Of a DNA stretch of 64,000 nucleotides, positions 11,578 to 21,400 are shown piece by piece. Position numbers and translations under genes: made by a program. How positions within the stretch are numbered: the first letter of the stretch is position 1; each line of letters opens with the position of its first letter. The stretch lies in contig NZ_CP144460.1 in NCBI RefSeq assembly GCF_040182365.1, positions 4,578,935 through 4,642,934 of the forward strand. The letters are read 5' to 3'. The notes beneath the pieces were generated by a model. It searched no databases. It was not told the origin of the DNA and saw only the letters and a list, made by a program, of their open reading frames with translations. The DNA comes from Xanthomonas sp. 10-10 (lineage in GTDB: Bacteria; Pseudomonadota; Gammaproteobacteria; Xanthomonadales; Xanthomonadaceae).

Positions 11578-13464
11578 TCAGCCCAACGGCTCGTCGGACA
11601 GATAGGTATAGCCGGTCAGGCCGGCCTCCAGCGCGTCGTGCAGCTCCTGCGCGCGCTCGGGCGACAGTTGCGCTGCGGCGATGCGTTCGGCATAGGTCGC
11701 GCGCAGCGTGTCCAGCTGGTAGCCCACGTAGTCCAGCATCACATCGGTGGTGTCGCCGCGACGCTGCTGCACGATGCGATAGCCCTCGCCGTCCACGGCA
11801 ACTTCCACCGCATCGGTATCGCCGAACAGGTTATGGATATCGCCGAGGATTTCCTGGTAGGCACCGACCAGGAAGAAACCGATGCGATAACTCTCGCCCG
11901 GGTTCAAGGTGTGCAACGGCATCGAGCTGTCCAGACTCTCGTTCTCGACGTAGGTCTTGACCATGCCGTCGGAGTCGCAGGTCATGTCGGCAATGATGCC
12001 GCGCCGCTGCGGGGCTTCGTTCAGGCGCTCGATCGGCACGATCGGGAACACCTGATCGATCGCCCACACATCCGGGATCGACTCGAACACGCTGAAGTTG
12101 ACGAAGTACTTGTCCACCAGCCGCTCGTTGAGCTCGTCCAGCACCGGGCGGTGGCTCTTCTCGTCGAAGCTCAGGCGTGCACGCACACCGTGCGCGATGG
12201 CATAGAACAGGTCGTCGATGCGCGCGCGGTGGGTCAGGTCAATCTGGCCCAGTGCATACGCGCTCAAGCCTTCGGCATGGAAGTGCTGCGCCTCCTGGAA
12301 CAATTCCACCGCCGGTCGCACATCGAGCTCGTCGTGGATCTCGCGCAGGTGGCGGATCGCTGCCGGCTCGTCGTCGTGCGCGTCCGGCACGCGGCCTTCC
12401 GGCGCCTGCTCCACCTCGGACACGTTGGCGATCAGCACCGCATGGTGGGCGGTCATCGCGCGGCCGCATTCGGTGACGATGCGCGGCGGGGTCAGGCCGT
12501 GTTCTTCGCAGGCGCTGGCCAACGGCTGCACGATGTTGCTGGCGTAGGAATGCAGGCCGTAGTTGATCGAGCAATAGCTGCGCGAGCGGGTGCCTTCGTA
12601 ATCGATGCCCAGGCCGCCGCCGACGTCCACGTGGCTGATCTTCGCGCCCAGCCGCGACAACTCCACGAAATAGCGCGTGGCCTCGCGCATGCCGTTGGCG
12701 ATGTCGCGCACATTGGAGATCTGCGAGCCCATGTGGAAATGCAGCAGCTTCAGGCTGTCGGCGTACTCGGTGTCGCGCAGCGTCTTCCACAGGTCCAGCA
12801 CCTGCCGCGGCGACAGCCCGAACTTGGCCTTGTCGCCGCCGCTGTTCTGCCATTTGCCCGCGCCCAGCGAGGCCAGGCGCATGCGCACGCCCAGGCCCGG
12901 CTTGACGTCCAGCGCGCGCGCCTCTTCCAGCACCAGCTTCAGCTCGGAGGGCTTTTCGATGACGATGAAGGTCTGCAGGCCGAGCTTGCGGCCGATCAGC
13001 GCCAGGCGGATGTATTCGCGGTCCTTGTAGCCGTTGCAGACGATCAGCCCGCCCGGACGCGACAGCGCCAGCACTGCCATCAGCTCCGGCTTGCTGCCCG
13101 CTTCCAGGCCGAAGCCCTCGCCATGGTGGCTGGCCAGCGTGCCGGCCACGCCACGGTGCTGGTTGACCTTGATCGGGTACACCGCGGTATAGCCGCCGGC
13201 GTAATCCCACTCGGACTGCGCCTGCGCGAACGCCGCCTGCAGCTTGCCCAGGCGCTGGCCGAGGATGTCGGGGAAACGCACCAGCAGCGGCAGCTTGGCG
13301 CCGGCCGCACGCGCGGCATCCACCACCTCCGGCAAGGACACCGACGGGCCGTCGACGGTGGGGGTGACCACCACGTGGCCGGCGGCGTTTACATCGAAAT
13401 ACCCATCGGCCCAATGCGGGATCGAGTAGGTCTTGCGGGCTTGGTCGAGGGACCAATCGCTCAT
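11578..13464 (-). CDS. speA: Biosynthetic arginine decarboxylase
   Basis: It aligns with E. coli SpeA from TYSIPHWADGYFDV onward. The start is taken at MSDWS. The upstream in-frame extension to 13548 would contain the leader hairpin. Confidence 0.9.
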   Translation of the reverse strand: MSDWSLDQARKTYSIPHWADGYFDVNAAGHVVVTPTVDGPSVSLPEVVDAARAAGAKLPLLVRFPDILGQRLGKLQAAFAQAQSEWDYAGGYTAVYPIKVNQHRGVAGTLASHHGEGFGLEAGSKPELMAVLALSRPGGLIVCNGYKDREYIRLALIGRKLGLQTFIVIEKPSELKLVLEEARALDVKPGLGVRMRLASLGAGKWQNSGGDKAKFGLSPRQVLDLWKTLRDTEYADSLKLLHFHMGSQISNVRDIANGMREATRYFVELSRLGAKISHVDVGGGLGIDYEGTRSRSYCSINYGLHSYASNIVQPLASACEEHGLTPPRIVTECGRAMTAHHAVLIANVSEVEQAPEGRVPDAHDDEPAAIRHLREIHDELDVRPAVELFQEAQHFHAEGLSAYALGQIDLTHRARIDDLFYAIAHGVRARLSFDEKSHRPVLDELNERLVDKYFVNFSVFESIPDVWAIDQVFPIVPIERLNEAPQRRGIIADMTCDSDGMVKTYVENESLDSSMPLHTLNPGESYRIGFFLVGAYQEILGDIHNLFGDTDAVEVAVDGEGYRIVQQRRGDTTDVMLDYVGYQLDTLRATYAERIAAAQLSPERAQELHDALEAGLTGYTYLSDEPLG

Positions 13465-13489
13465 TTCGTTGTCTCGGCTGGGGCAAAAA

Positions 13490-13552
13490 GGGCGTGAAGT
13501 GTAACGCCTGGCACGCGCAGGGTCCGTTACAATCCGCGCCGACTTCACGCCC
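13490..13552 (-). promoter_or_regulatory. Terminator-like nested hairpin plus U-tract in the speA 5' leader (candidate attenuator)
   Basis: On the minus strand: GGGCGTGAAGT...GTAACG(18 nt)CGTTAC..ACTTCACGCCC TTTTTG. The outer stem is 11 bp. The U-tract ends 20 nt before the speA ATG. Confidence 0.5.
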
Positions 13553-13646
13553 TGCTCCTGGTCGGAGCGGGGCCGAGCAAGGGTCAGCCGCCACGCAGTC
13601 CGACTGCATGAGGCTGCGCCCGACCCTCATCCGGCGCCACGCGCCA

Positions 13647-13667
13647 CCTTCTCCCGCAGGGAGAAGG
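13647..13667. repeat. REP-like palindrome CCTTCTCCC-GCA-GGGAGAAGG in the speE leader
   Basis: It is a perfect 9-bp inverted repeat. The same family occurs at 54946-54966 (and in gcccc-GCA-ggggc form at 43507-43519). Confidence 0.6.
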
Positions 13668-13701
13668 AACAGCCCGCTTCTTCCAGAATTAGGACGTCCG
13701 C

Positions 13702-14559
13702 ATGAGCACCAACGACAACTGGTACATCGAACACTTCCAGCCCACCGGCTCGGCGATCGGCTTCCGCATCAGTGGCAAGCTGGACGAGGTGCAGTCCCCG
13801 TTCCAGAAGATCGAGATCTACCAGACCACCGACTGGGGCAAGCTGATGCTGATCGATGGCGCGGTGATGCTCACCAGCCGCGACAATTTCTTCTATCACG
13901 AGATGATCAGCCATCCGGCGCTATTCACCCACGCCGCGCCCAAGCGCGTGGTGATCATCGGCGGCGGCGACTGCGGCACCCTGCGCGAGGTGCTCAAGCA
14001 CCCGGGCGTGGAAAGCGCCACCCAGTGCGATATCGACGAGCAGGTCACCCGCATGTCGGAGAAGTACTTCCCCGAGCTGTGCGATTCCAACCACGACGCG
14101 CGCGCCGAGCTGCTGTTCGACGACGGCGTGGCCTACATGGCCAACTGCCCGGCCGGCAGCGTGGACATCGTGATCGTCGATTCCACCGACCCGGTCGGCC
14201 CGGCCGAGGGCCTGTTCAACAAGGCCTTCTACGAGAGCTGCTTCAAGGCACTGAAGGACGACGGCATCCTGGTGCAGCAGTCCGAGTCGCCGCTGGCGCT
14301 GCTGGCGCTGATCCAGGAAATGCGCACCGAAATGGGCAAGGCCGGCTTCCAGTCGTTCAAGACCCTGCCGTTCCCGCAGCCGTGCTACCCCACCGGCTGG
14401 TGGAGCGTGACCATGGCCAGCAAGCAGGCCAACGCCGATTTCGCCTTCCGCCAGGACGCTGCGCAGGCCAAGGGCTTCGAGACGCTGTACTACACCGCGC
14501 ACCTGCATACCGGCGTGCTGGTCGCACCGCCGTTCGTGGCCAAGGCGCTGGACGAGTAA
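13702..14559 (+). CDS. speE: Polyamine aminopropyltransferase (spermidine synthase)
   Basis: Motifs VVIIGGGDCGTLREV and DSTDPVGP are present. It lies divergent to speA. Confidence 0.9.
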   Translation: MSTNDNWYIEHFQPTGSAIGFRISGKLDEVQSPFQKIEIYQTTDWGKLMLIDGAVMLTSRDNFFYHEMISHPALFTHAAPKRVVIIGGGDCGTLREVLKHPGVESATQCDIDEQVTRMSEKYFPELCDSNHDARAELLFDDGVAYMANCPAGSVDIVIVDSTDPVGPAEGLFNKAFYESCFKALKDDGILVQQSESPLALLALIQEMRTEMGKAGFQSFKTLPFPQPCYPTGWWSVTMASKQANADFAFRQDAAQAKGFETLYYTAHLHTGVLVAPPFVAKALDE

Positions 14560-14958
14560 GACTGCCAGCGGCACCAAGGTGAACGCTCGTCAGATGGGCA
14601 TGGCAGGCGGAGCAGCCGCCATGTCCATGCGGCAAACAGCGAAGCTGCGTCCGCCCGCCTGACGACCACGTGCCGGTCTTGACTGCCGTAGCTTGGCACC
14701 CCACGACCGGCGTAGCGGTCTGCGCGCCGGCTGCGGCAAGTGCAGAGCACGCAGAGCGCCGCTTGAAGTGACTTCCCGAACCCACGCATGCACCGCTTGG
14801 TACGGCCGGTGCTCGGAATCGGCATGCACCACGCTTTACGCTCCGGTTCTCGGCGCACCGTCCGCACGGCTTACGATTGCTCGCTAGTTTCGTCAGGCAT
14901 TCCTGGGTCCGCGCAATCCCCGCCAGCTGACGGCTACCTGCTGCATCTGCCAGCAGCC

Positions 14959-15570
14959 TTACAGCCGTGCCAATACCTCGGCCTTTTTGGCATCGAATTC
15001 TTCCTGCGTGACCAAACCCGCATCCAATAGCTGCTTGAGCTTGCTCAGCACCTGCATCGGATCATCGGTGACGGCCACCGCGATCGGCGGGGCCGACGGC
15101 ACCGTACCCGGCGCCGCAGGAGCGTGCACCACCACACCGCCAGCAGAGGCGCGCAACTTGTCGAATTCCAGCTGCTGGCGTTTTTCGTAGGCCGATTCTT
15201 CCACCTGCTGCGCATAGGCATACACGCGACGCGCCTGCTTTTTTGGCAGGCTATCGATGGATGCATACGCACCCTGCGTGGTGCGGCACATGATGGTGGC
15301 CCCGAGCATCTGTTCGCTCATGTGCACATCGAGCACCTCGCGCCAGGGGAAATCGCGAAACGTCATGCCGAACAGTTTCGGGGAGACCACGATGAACCTG
15401 CGGTTGGTCAGCACCACCGCATCCGGCGACAGGTTCATCACCATCTTCTTCTGCACGGCGATGTACTCGACCTGCTCGTCCCGTGTCAGCAACTCGTTCA
15501 CCTTGGGCAGGATCTTGCCCACGGCTACCGGGTCCTGTTCGTCAGTCAAAAACTGCGCCACTGCGTCCAT
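14959..15570 (-). CDS. Bacterial PH-domain protein with a C-terminal SHOCT domain
   Basis: The YdbT-like PH fold region reads LTNRRFIVV. The C terminus LSKLKQLLDAGLVTQEEFDAKKAEVL is SHOCT-like. Confidence 0.6.
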   Translation of the reverse strand: MDAVAQFLTDEQDPVAVGKILPKVNELLTRDEQVEYIAVQKKMVMNLSPDAVVLTNRRFIVVSPKLFGMTFRDFPWREVLDVHMSEQMLGATIMCRTTQGAYASIDSLPKKQARRVYAYAQQVEESAYEKRQQLEFDKLRASAGGVVVHAPAAPGTVPSAPPIAVAVTDDPMQVLSKLKQLLDAGLVTQEEFDAKKAEVLARL

Positions 15571-15726
15571 CTGCCCTCACCAACGGCTGAGCTAATGCGT
15601 TGACCGTGACACTACAACAACCCGCATGGATGTCCGTGCAACGCCAATGACCGTATGCGGCGCGTCATCAAGGTGCGGCCTCAACAAAAACTGCCGTCTG
15701 CCAAGTCGCTGTTGAAATACATCCGA

Positions 15727-15756
15727 CGCGGAAGGGCGGACGCCACCGCCCGCCCT
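15727..15756 (-). terminator. Hairpin terminator downstream of the outer-membrane protein gene
   Basis: GGAAGGGCGG(10 nt)CCGCCCTTCC is a 10-bp perfect stem. It lies 20 nt after the stop on the minus strand with a weak U-run. Confidence 0.5.
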
Positions 15757-15776
15757 TCCTGGATCATTCGCTTACA

Positions 15777-16604
15777 TCAGAAGCGGACTTCGAGTGCCGC
15801 GTTCAGTACATCGGCACGATTGATGGTGGTGTCTTCGGCGTAGTCATAGTAATCGTTGGCGTAAATGTAGTTGGTGTACATCGCGCTCACACTCGCGTGC
15901 TTGCCGAGATCGACGCCCAGGCCAAGGCTAGCGTAGCCACCGTAGATTTCATCACTCATTTCTGCGACCTCCGCATACCATGAGCCAATACGCACCACAG
16001 CAAACAGTGGAGTGTCACCAAAATTGAAACGGGCCGTACCGCCGATGCCGACAAACTTCACTGCTGGAATAAACACATCGTCGGTCGAGTCTCCGCGGTC
16101 CAGGCGCCCAACCGACCCCTCGAGCCCGATCAACGTCACCGAGCCGGCACGCCAGCGATAGCCGGCGCTGAGGCCAAGCATGTCCTGCTTGTAGCCACTG
16201 AACACCTCGCCCCTACCCCGCTGCACGCTAATAAACGCGCCGCTGTCGATCCGCGATTGCTCGGTCTGCTCAGTGCCCGTTGCCTGGACTGGCGCTGCTG
16301 CGTAAGCCGGCGCCTGTGGCGCATCTACCGCGGGCGTCTGCGCCGTGACGGTGGCAAATCCGCCGGTCTGGTCGACCACACTCACGCTTCCGCTTCCACC
16401 GACGGCGGTGGGCGCGCCGCCGCTGCCGGCTTGCGACGGACGCGACGGCGGCGCTGCCGGCGCAGGGGCCCCCTGCGTACCGGCCTGCGATTGCTTTTGC
16501 TGCTGCCGGTAGCTGTCCCAGCCGCGCGACAACGATTGCGCCGAGGCCTGTGCCGTGACGCCAAGCGCCGTGCAGGCCAACAGCAGTGTTGCAGTCCTTT
16601 TCAT
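15777..16604 (-). CDS. Outer-membrane beta-barrel protein (OmpA/OmpW-like porin family)
   Basis: The signal peptide is MKRTATLLLACTALGVTAQA. The sequence shows alternating beta-strand pattern and ends with a C-terminal aromatic residue (RF). The Gln/Ala/Pro-rich N-terminal linker is present. Confidence 0.65.
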   Translation of the reverse strand: MKRTATLLLACTALGVTAQASAQSLSRGWDSYRQQQKQSQAGTQGAPAPAAPPSRPSQAGSGGAPTAVGGSGSVSVVDQTGGFATVTAQTPAVDAPQAPAYAAAPVQATGTEQTEQSRIDSGAFISVQRGRGEVFSGYKQDMLGLSAGYRWRAGSVTLIGLEGSVGRLDRGDSTDDVFIPAVKFVGIGGTARFNFGDTPLFAVVRIGSWYAEVAEMSDEIYGGYASLGLGVDLGKHASVSAMYTNYIYANDYYDYAEDTTINRADVLNAALEVRF

Positions 16605-17069
16605 CGCATTCCCCATGAGTGGTCCTCCATCGTTCCCGCATCCGTGCGCGCGCAGGCGAACCCGACGGCGTCTGGAAGTGGCGCAGTTGCCGTCATCTCT
16701 TCGGGAGCTTCCCCGCATCACCGCAATGCCCAAGGCACCGACCGTGGCACACCGACGTGGATGTGCGCGACGCGCGTGTGATGCAGCCCCCTGACCGCAG
16801 CGCGCACAGTGTCTGGAGTCTCATTGACTGTCAAGAAGCGGCGCGACGCGTATCCGACCGCACGCAGCCGCAAGCGGCTTCGACATGTGCCGCACCCCCG
16901 CCGATCAACCGCGAGCCGATCGCCAGCTTCGGTCCCGGTCGGGCGAGATCGCACCGCGGCCGTGGTGCCGCGTGCGGCCGCCCAGCGCACCGGCACAGTG
17001 CTCCCGCATGGCCTCTTCCCCGGTAATTTCGCAAGGCCCGAGCGCTTCAACCGCCTGAATTGAAAGGCT

Positions 17070-17106
17070 GTTCCATGTCCGGAACATTTCATTTGTTAAA
17101 CAAATG
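17070..17106. promoter_or_regulatory. Two adjacent perfect palindromes in the AT-rich region upstream of the kinase-like gene
   Basis: GTTCCatgtccGGAAC is immediately followed by CATTTGTT-A-AACAAATG (8-bp arms). They lie 110-145 bp upstream of the ATG at 17217. Confidence 0.45.
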
Positions 17107-17216
17107 TAATTTCAATACTCGCAAGTTCTAAAATTGCGCGATCCCGATCCATCGTGATCCCCATGGACCTGCGTCCCGCGTGACACCTCCGCGCCGCCAG
17201 GGTCTGGAGAACTGTC

Positions 17217-17873
17217 ATGCATTACCAACCGCTGGATGTGTCCAGCCTGCAGGTCGTCACTCCCGTTCTGCTCAAGCAGGGCACGCGGCTGCTCGAGCCC
17301 GACGTCTACCGCACCCATCTGGACGGGCAGCTGGCAGTGGTCAAGGACTACGGCCGGTATCGCCGCACGCTGCTGGCACCGATCGCACGGCTGATGGTCC
17401 GCCATGAGGCGCGCATGCTGCGCCGCTTGCACGGCTGGCGGCATGCCCCGGCACTGCTCGGCACGTTGGGCGGTCTGGCGCTGGGCATGGAGTTCATCCC
17501 GGGCGACACGCTCAGCGCCAGTGCGGTGGTGGGCCAGGAAGTCTTTCAACAGTTGCAGCAGGCGCTGCGTCGCCTGCATGCCTTCGGCATCACCCATAAC
17601 GATCTGCACGGCACCAACGTGGTGGTCAGTGCCGGGGTGCCGGTGTTGATCGATTTCACCTCGGCCTGGCGCTTCCCGCGCTGGCTGCGGCGTGGCACGT
17701 TGGCCCGCCAGCTGCAACGCAGCGACGTGGCCAATTTCCACAAGATGCGCCAGCGCCTGGCCGGTATCGCACCCACCGCCGACGAGGCCGCGCGCAGCGC
17801 CGAGCCGGGCTGGGTGCGTGGCCTGCGCGGCGGCTGGAAGCGGCTCTATCGCCGTCTCAAACGCGGCGCGTGA
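17217..17873 (+). CDS. Small protein-kinase-fold protein (lipopolysaccharide/Kdo kinase-RIO-like family)
   Basis: VVKDY holds the VAIK-type lysine. HNDLHGTN is the catalytic loop and LIDF the DFG-equivalent. Length is 218 aa. Confidence 0.6.
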   Translation: MHYQPLDVSSLQVVTPVLLKQGTRLLEPDVYRTHLDGQLAVVKDYGRYRRTLLAPIARLMVRHEARMLRRLHGWRHAPALLGTLGGLALGMEFIPGDTLSASAVVGQEVFQQLQQALRRLHAFGITHNDLHGTNVVVSAGVPVLIDFTSAWRFPRWLRRGTLARQLQRSDVANFHKMRQRLAGIAPTADEAARSAEPGWVRGLRGGWKRLYRRLKRGA

Positions 17874-17900
17874 CTCCCTCAAGAGCCAGTAGCGCCGTCG

Positions 17901-19868
17901 TCAGTGCTCCACCGCCGCCGACGCGGCTGGCCCCCTGTAGGCGATCAGCGTCGGGGCGTCTGCCACGAAGCGGTCGAGCACCCCGTCGGCAATCTTGACC
18001 GGCCCGCCGAAACGCGTGGCGCCGGGAATCGAGGGGATCGCTGCCGCTTCGGCGGCGATCCGCCTGGCATCGGCGAATGCAACTGAGCCCTGCGCGTCAC
18101 CGCGATTGGCGGCCTCCAGCCCGGCCGCGGTCTTCTGCAGCGCGCGGCCCCAACCCTCCATCGCCTCCAGCCATGGGCGTGATTGTTCGGCAAAGCCCTT
18201 GTCAGCGACGCCATCGCGAATGATCTGCGGCGCGGCGGCGATGTCGTCGGCGGTGCGCGCCAATGTTGCAATCGCCTGGCTGCGCGCTGCGGCATCGCCC
18301 AGTGCGATCGCCTCGCGCACCTGGTCCAGCACGGCCTTCAGGCGTGGTGCCTGCTCCTGCCAGGGCTGGCTGCCGAAGGTGGGCGCCAGATGCTGGGTAT
18401 CGAAGAAGGTCAGCAACGCCGCTGTCACCCGCGCATCGCCACCGGCCAGATCGCGCGCCGCTGCATGCCAGGTGCGTTGCGCGTCGTAGCCGGTGTCGTT
18501 CCAGGCGTACGCGGTCAGCCCCATCACCGCCACGCGGCTGGGCACCTCCTGGTTCATCGGGTTGGACACGATGCCGGACAGCTCGGCCGACAGCCCGGCC
18601 TCGCGCCGCGCATACGGTGCCATCAACAAGCGCCCGGCCGAGGTTTCGAAATCGTTGACCGGGTAGTTGTCCCACAGCAGCGTCTTGCGTCCGAACGCCT
18701 TGGTGGCGGCGCGCGCATCCGGGATGGAAATGGCCGGCGGCACCACGTCGGTGCCGGTCCACTGCACCACGATCTTCGGGTCCAGGTGCTTGCGCAGCGC
18801 TTCCTTGTACGGGCTTTCCTTGGCGTCGTAATACTCGGTGGGCACCATGATCAGTTCCGATGCCGCGTCGTGGCGGGCGACCAGATCGGCCTGCACCAGA
18901 TTGAGCAGATGCGACTGCGCGATGCCCGCCGCCTGCGCACCGGAATCGCCGAAGGTGGTCTTGTCGCGTTCGCAGTTCCACTTGGTGTATTCGATGTCGT
19001 CCAACGCCACATAGAAGCTGCGCACGCCCAGTGCGCGGAACGCATCGAACTTGCGCAGCAGCGCCTTGGCATCGGCGGGATCGGAAAAACACACGCTGGG
19101 CCCGGGCGAGATCGCATAGACGAAATCGACATGGTTGCGCCTGGCGTTGGCCGCCAGTTTGCCCAGCGCCTTCAAGGTCGCTTTCGGGTACGGATCGCGC
19201 CAGCGGTCGCGCGCGTACGGGTCGTCCTTGGGGCTATAGATGTAGGTATTGGCCTTGGTGCGCGCCAGAAAATCGATGTGCTTGCTGCGATCGGCCATCG
19301 ACCAGGGCGCGCCGTAAAAGCCTTCGATCGTGCCGCGGATCGGCATGGCCGGGTAATCCTGGATGGTCAGCGCCGGAATGGCCGGCCGCTCCAGCAGCTG
19401 ACGCAGCGTCTGCACGGCATGGAACAGGCCATCGCTGTCCTGCCCGGCCAGCGTGATCAGGCCACTACCCAGCGCGACGCTGGTCAGCGTGTAGCCTTCG
19501 GCATGGGTGTCCTGCGTCGCCTTGCTGCGCGTCAATGCATCGCGCACCACAGCCGCCTCGCCGGTGCCGATGACGATGTGCGGACGGTCGAGCGTGGCCG
19601 GCAGGCGCGAGGCGGTGGCGATCTTGCGGACGCCGGCCGCACCGAGCAGGCTGCGCACCAACGCGACCGAGGCCGGGTCCGCGCCCGGCGCGACGACCAG
19701 CACCACCGACTGGCCCAAGGCGATCGTCTCCCCGTCCAGCGCGATCGACACCGGGGTCGGGAACAGCGCCGGCTGGGTGACCGGCTCGGCCAGCGCAGGT
19801 GCGGCCAGTCCTGCCGCCACCAAGACCGAGAGCAGGCGCAGGCCCGACTTCCTGTTGCGTCGCTTCAT
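17901..19868 (-). CDS. Secreted GH84 beta-N-acetylglucosaminidase (O-GlcNAcase/NagJ-like)
   Basis: It has a signal peptide. The GH84 catalytic region reads IRGTIEGFYGAPW...YIYSPKDDPY...ISPG...ALDDI...WDNYPVND. Confidence 0.8.
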   Translation of the reverse strand: MKRRNRKSGLRLLSVLVAAGLAAPALAEPVTQPALFPTPVSIALDGETIALGQSVVLVVAPGADPASVALVRSLLGAAGVRKIATASRLPATLDRPHIVIGTGEAAVVRDALTRSKATQDTHAEGYTLTSVALGSGLITLAGQDSDGLFHAVQTLRQLLERPAIPALTIQDYPAMPIRGTIEGFYGAPWSMADRSKHIDFLARTKANTYIYSPKDDPYARDRWRDPYPKATLKALGKLAANARRNHVDFVYAISPGPSVCFSDPADAKALLRKFDAFRALGVRSFYVALDDIEYTKWNCERDKTTFGDSGAQAAGIAQSHLLNLVQADLVARHDAASELIMVPTEYYDAKESPYKEALRKHLDPKIVVQWTGTDVVPPAISIPDARAATKAFGRKTLLWDNYPVNDFETSAGRLLMAPYARREAGLSAELSGIVSNPMNQEVPSRVAVMGLTAYAWNDTGYDAQRTWHAAARDLAGGDARVTAALLTFFDTQHLAPTFGSQPWQEQAPRLKAVLDQVREAIALGDAAARSQAIATLARTADDIAAAPQIIRDGVADKGFAEQSRPWLEAMEGWGRALQKTAAGLEAANRGDAQGSVAFADARRIAAEAAAIPSIPGATRFGGPVKIADGVLDRFVADAPTLIAYRGPAASAAVEH

Positions 19869-19878
19869 GTCCGAACTC

Positions 19879-19896
19879 CGGTATTGGAATGGTATT
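19879..19896. promoter_or_regulatory. Tandem direct repeat CGGTATT-GGAA-TGGTATT (NagQ-like GntR operator candidate), site 1, in the 5' UTR of the GH84 gene
   Basis: Two 7-mers are separated by 4 bp and lie immediately upstream of the RBS/ATG on the minus strand. A second copy is at 20033-20050. Confidence 0.45.
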
Positions 19897-20032
19897 ACAG
19901 CCTAGAGTAGGCAACTCGTTGCGCGGCGACAAGCGTGTCTTGGCCTTTGGGGGTCGAGCCTGGTTTGGCCTGCTTGCCAAGCGCGTCTGCGCCGCGTGGG
20001 TGGAATGGAACCAGGCGCGCCGCTCGTCGGTG

Positions 20033-20050
20033 CGGTATTGAAATGGTATG
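20033..20050. promoter_or_regulatory. Second copy: CGGTATT-GAAA-TGGTATG
   Basis: It has the same architecture, 150 bp upstream of site 1. Confidence 0.45.
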
Positions 20051-20574
20051 CCAAGCGGGACGCTTGGCTTTGTCAGGACTACGGTTCCGGTATCAGCGAC
20101 CCCGCCGCCAGGCCACCTCTTCAGATGGCACGTGGGCGTCTTCGACGCTCGATCAGAGAGCGGCTAGCAGAACGTGACCCGCCGAGGCCTCACGCTGCGC
20201 AGGAACCGACCTGGGTCCATGGCCCGTCTAAGGCGTTGATCGCATGGGCAGACGCGTCTGCGCCGCGTCATTGCCGGCCAGGGGCAGTTATTCCCGCAGT
20301 TCCGTGTTGCTCGCAACACGGCGTCGCCGCATGCATCGATCGATCGGCGTGTGCGGCGCAGGAACTCATGCGTGCGTGAATGACGCCGCCGCTACGCCAG
20401 TGGCAGGGGCGTTGCGGCCGCACCGGTTTGCCTGCACCGCGGGATTGCCCAACGCATCCATCAATCGGCGCATGCACTGTCAGCGTTGAGAAGTCCTGAT
20501 GCGCGCCGCACTGCCGTCAGCATCTTTCAGCAAGCAGCAGAGGCGCCGCAACGCAGCGCCACGCGCGACAGGGC

Positions 20575-20988
<414 letters not shown>

Positions 20989-21100
20989 TCACCGCGGACG
21001 ACAGTCGAATGGGACTATCCTTACCGCCTGCCGACTGCCTTGCCGATGTCCCGGGAGTGACGGCCTGCACTAGGCTTCCTACGGACCTGCGGAGAACACC

Positions 21101-21385
21101 ATGATCGATTTCAATCAGCTCGACGACCTCGCCCGCCGCCTCAGCGACCTGGTGCCGCCAGGCCTGCGCCAGTCGCGCGAAGAATTGCAGAGCACCTTCA
21201 AGGGCGCGCTACAGGCCGGCCTGGGCAAGCTGGACCTGGTCACCCGCGAAGAATTCGACGTGCAACGCGCGGTACTGCTGCGCACGCGCGAAAAGCTCGA
21301 CGCGCTGGAGCAGGCCGTTGCCGCACTGGAAGCGCGCGCATCCGGCGCATCGCCCAGTGCGGTGCCCGGTTCCGACACTCCCTGA
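21101..21385 (+). CDS. ubiK: Ubiquinone biosynthesis accessory factor UbiK (YqiC/BMFP family)
   Basis: MIDFNQLDDLARRLSDLVP...LVTREEFDVQRAVL is the typical coiled-coil BMFP pattern. Confidence 0.75.
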   Translation: MIDFNQLDDLARRLSDLVPPGLRQSREELQSTFKGALQAGLGKLDLVTREEFDVQRAVLLRTREKLDALEQAVAALEARASGASPSAVPGSDTP

Positions 21386-21400
21386 CCCGAGCCTTCCACC

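Noticed and set aside
11425-13497. 690-aa plus-strand ORF
   Set aside because: It is antisense to speA, which aligns convincingly with E. coli SpeA.
12239-13630. 463-aa minus-strand ORF overlapping speA in another frame
   Set aside because: It is a frame-shifted shadow of speA with no independent signals.
17112-17882. 256-aa minus ORF
   Set aside because: It is antisense to the kinase-fold gene, whose frame has the HxDLHxxN/DF motifs.
18183-19910. 575-aa plus ORF
   Set aside because: It is antisense to the GH84 hydrolase gene.
19996-20379. 127-aa plus ORF in the GH84/glnB intergenic region
   Set aside because: It has no RBS and a Cys/Arg/Pro-rich odd composition. The region is better explained as a regulatory intergenic region carrying repeat motifs.
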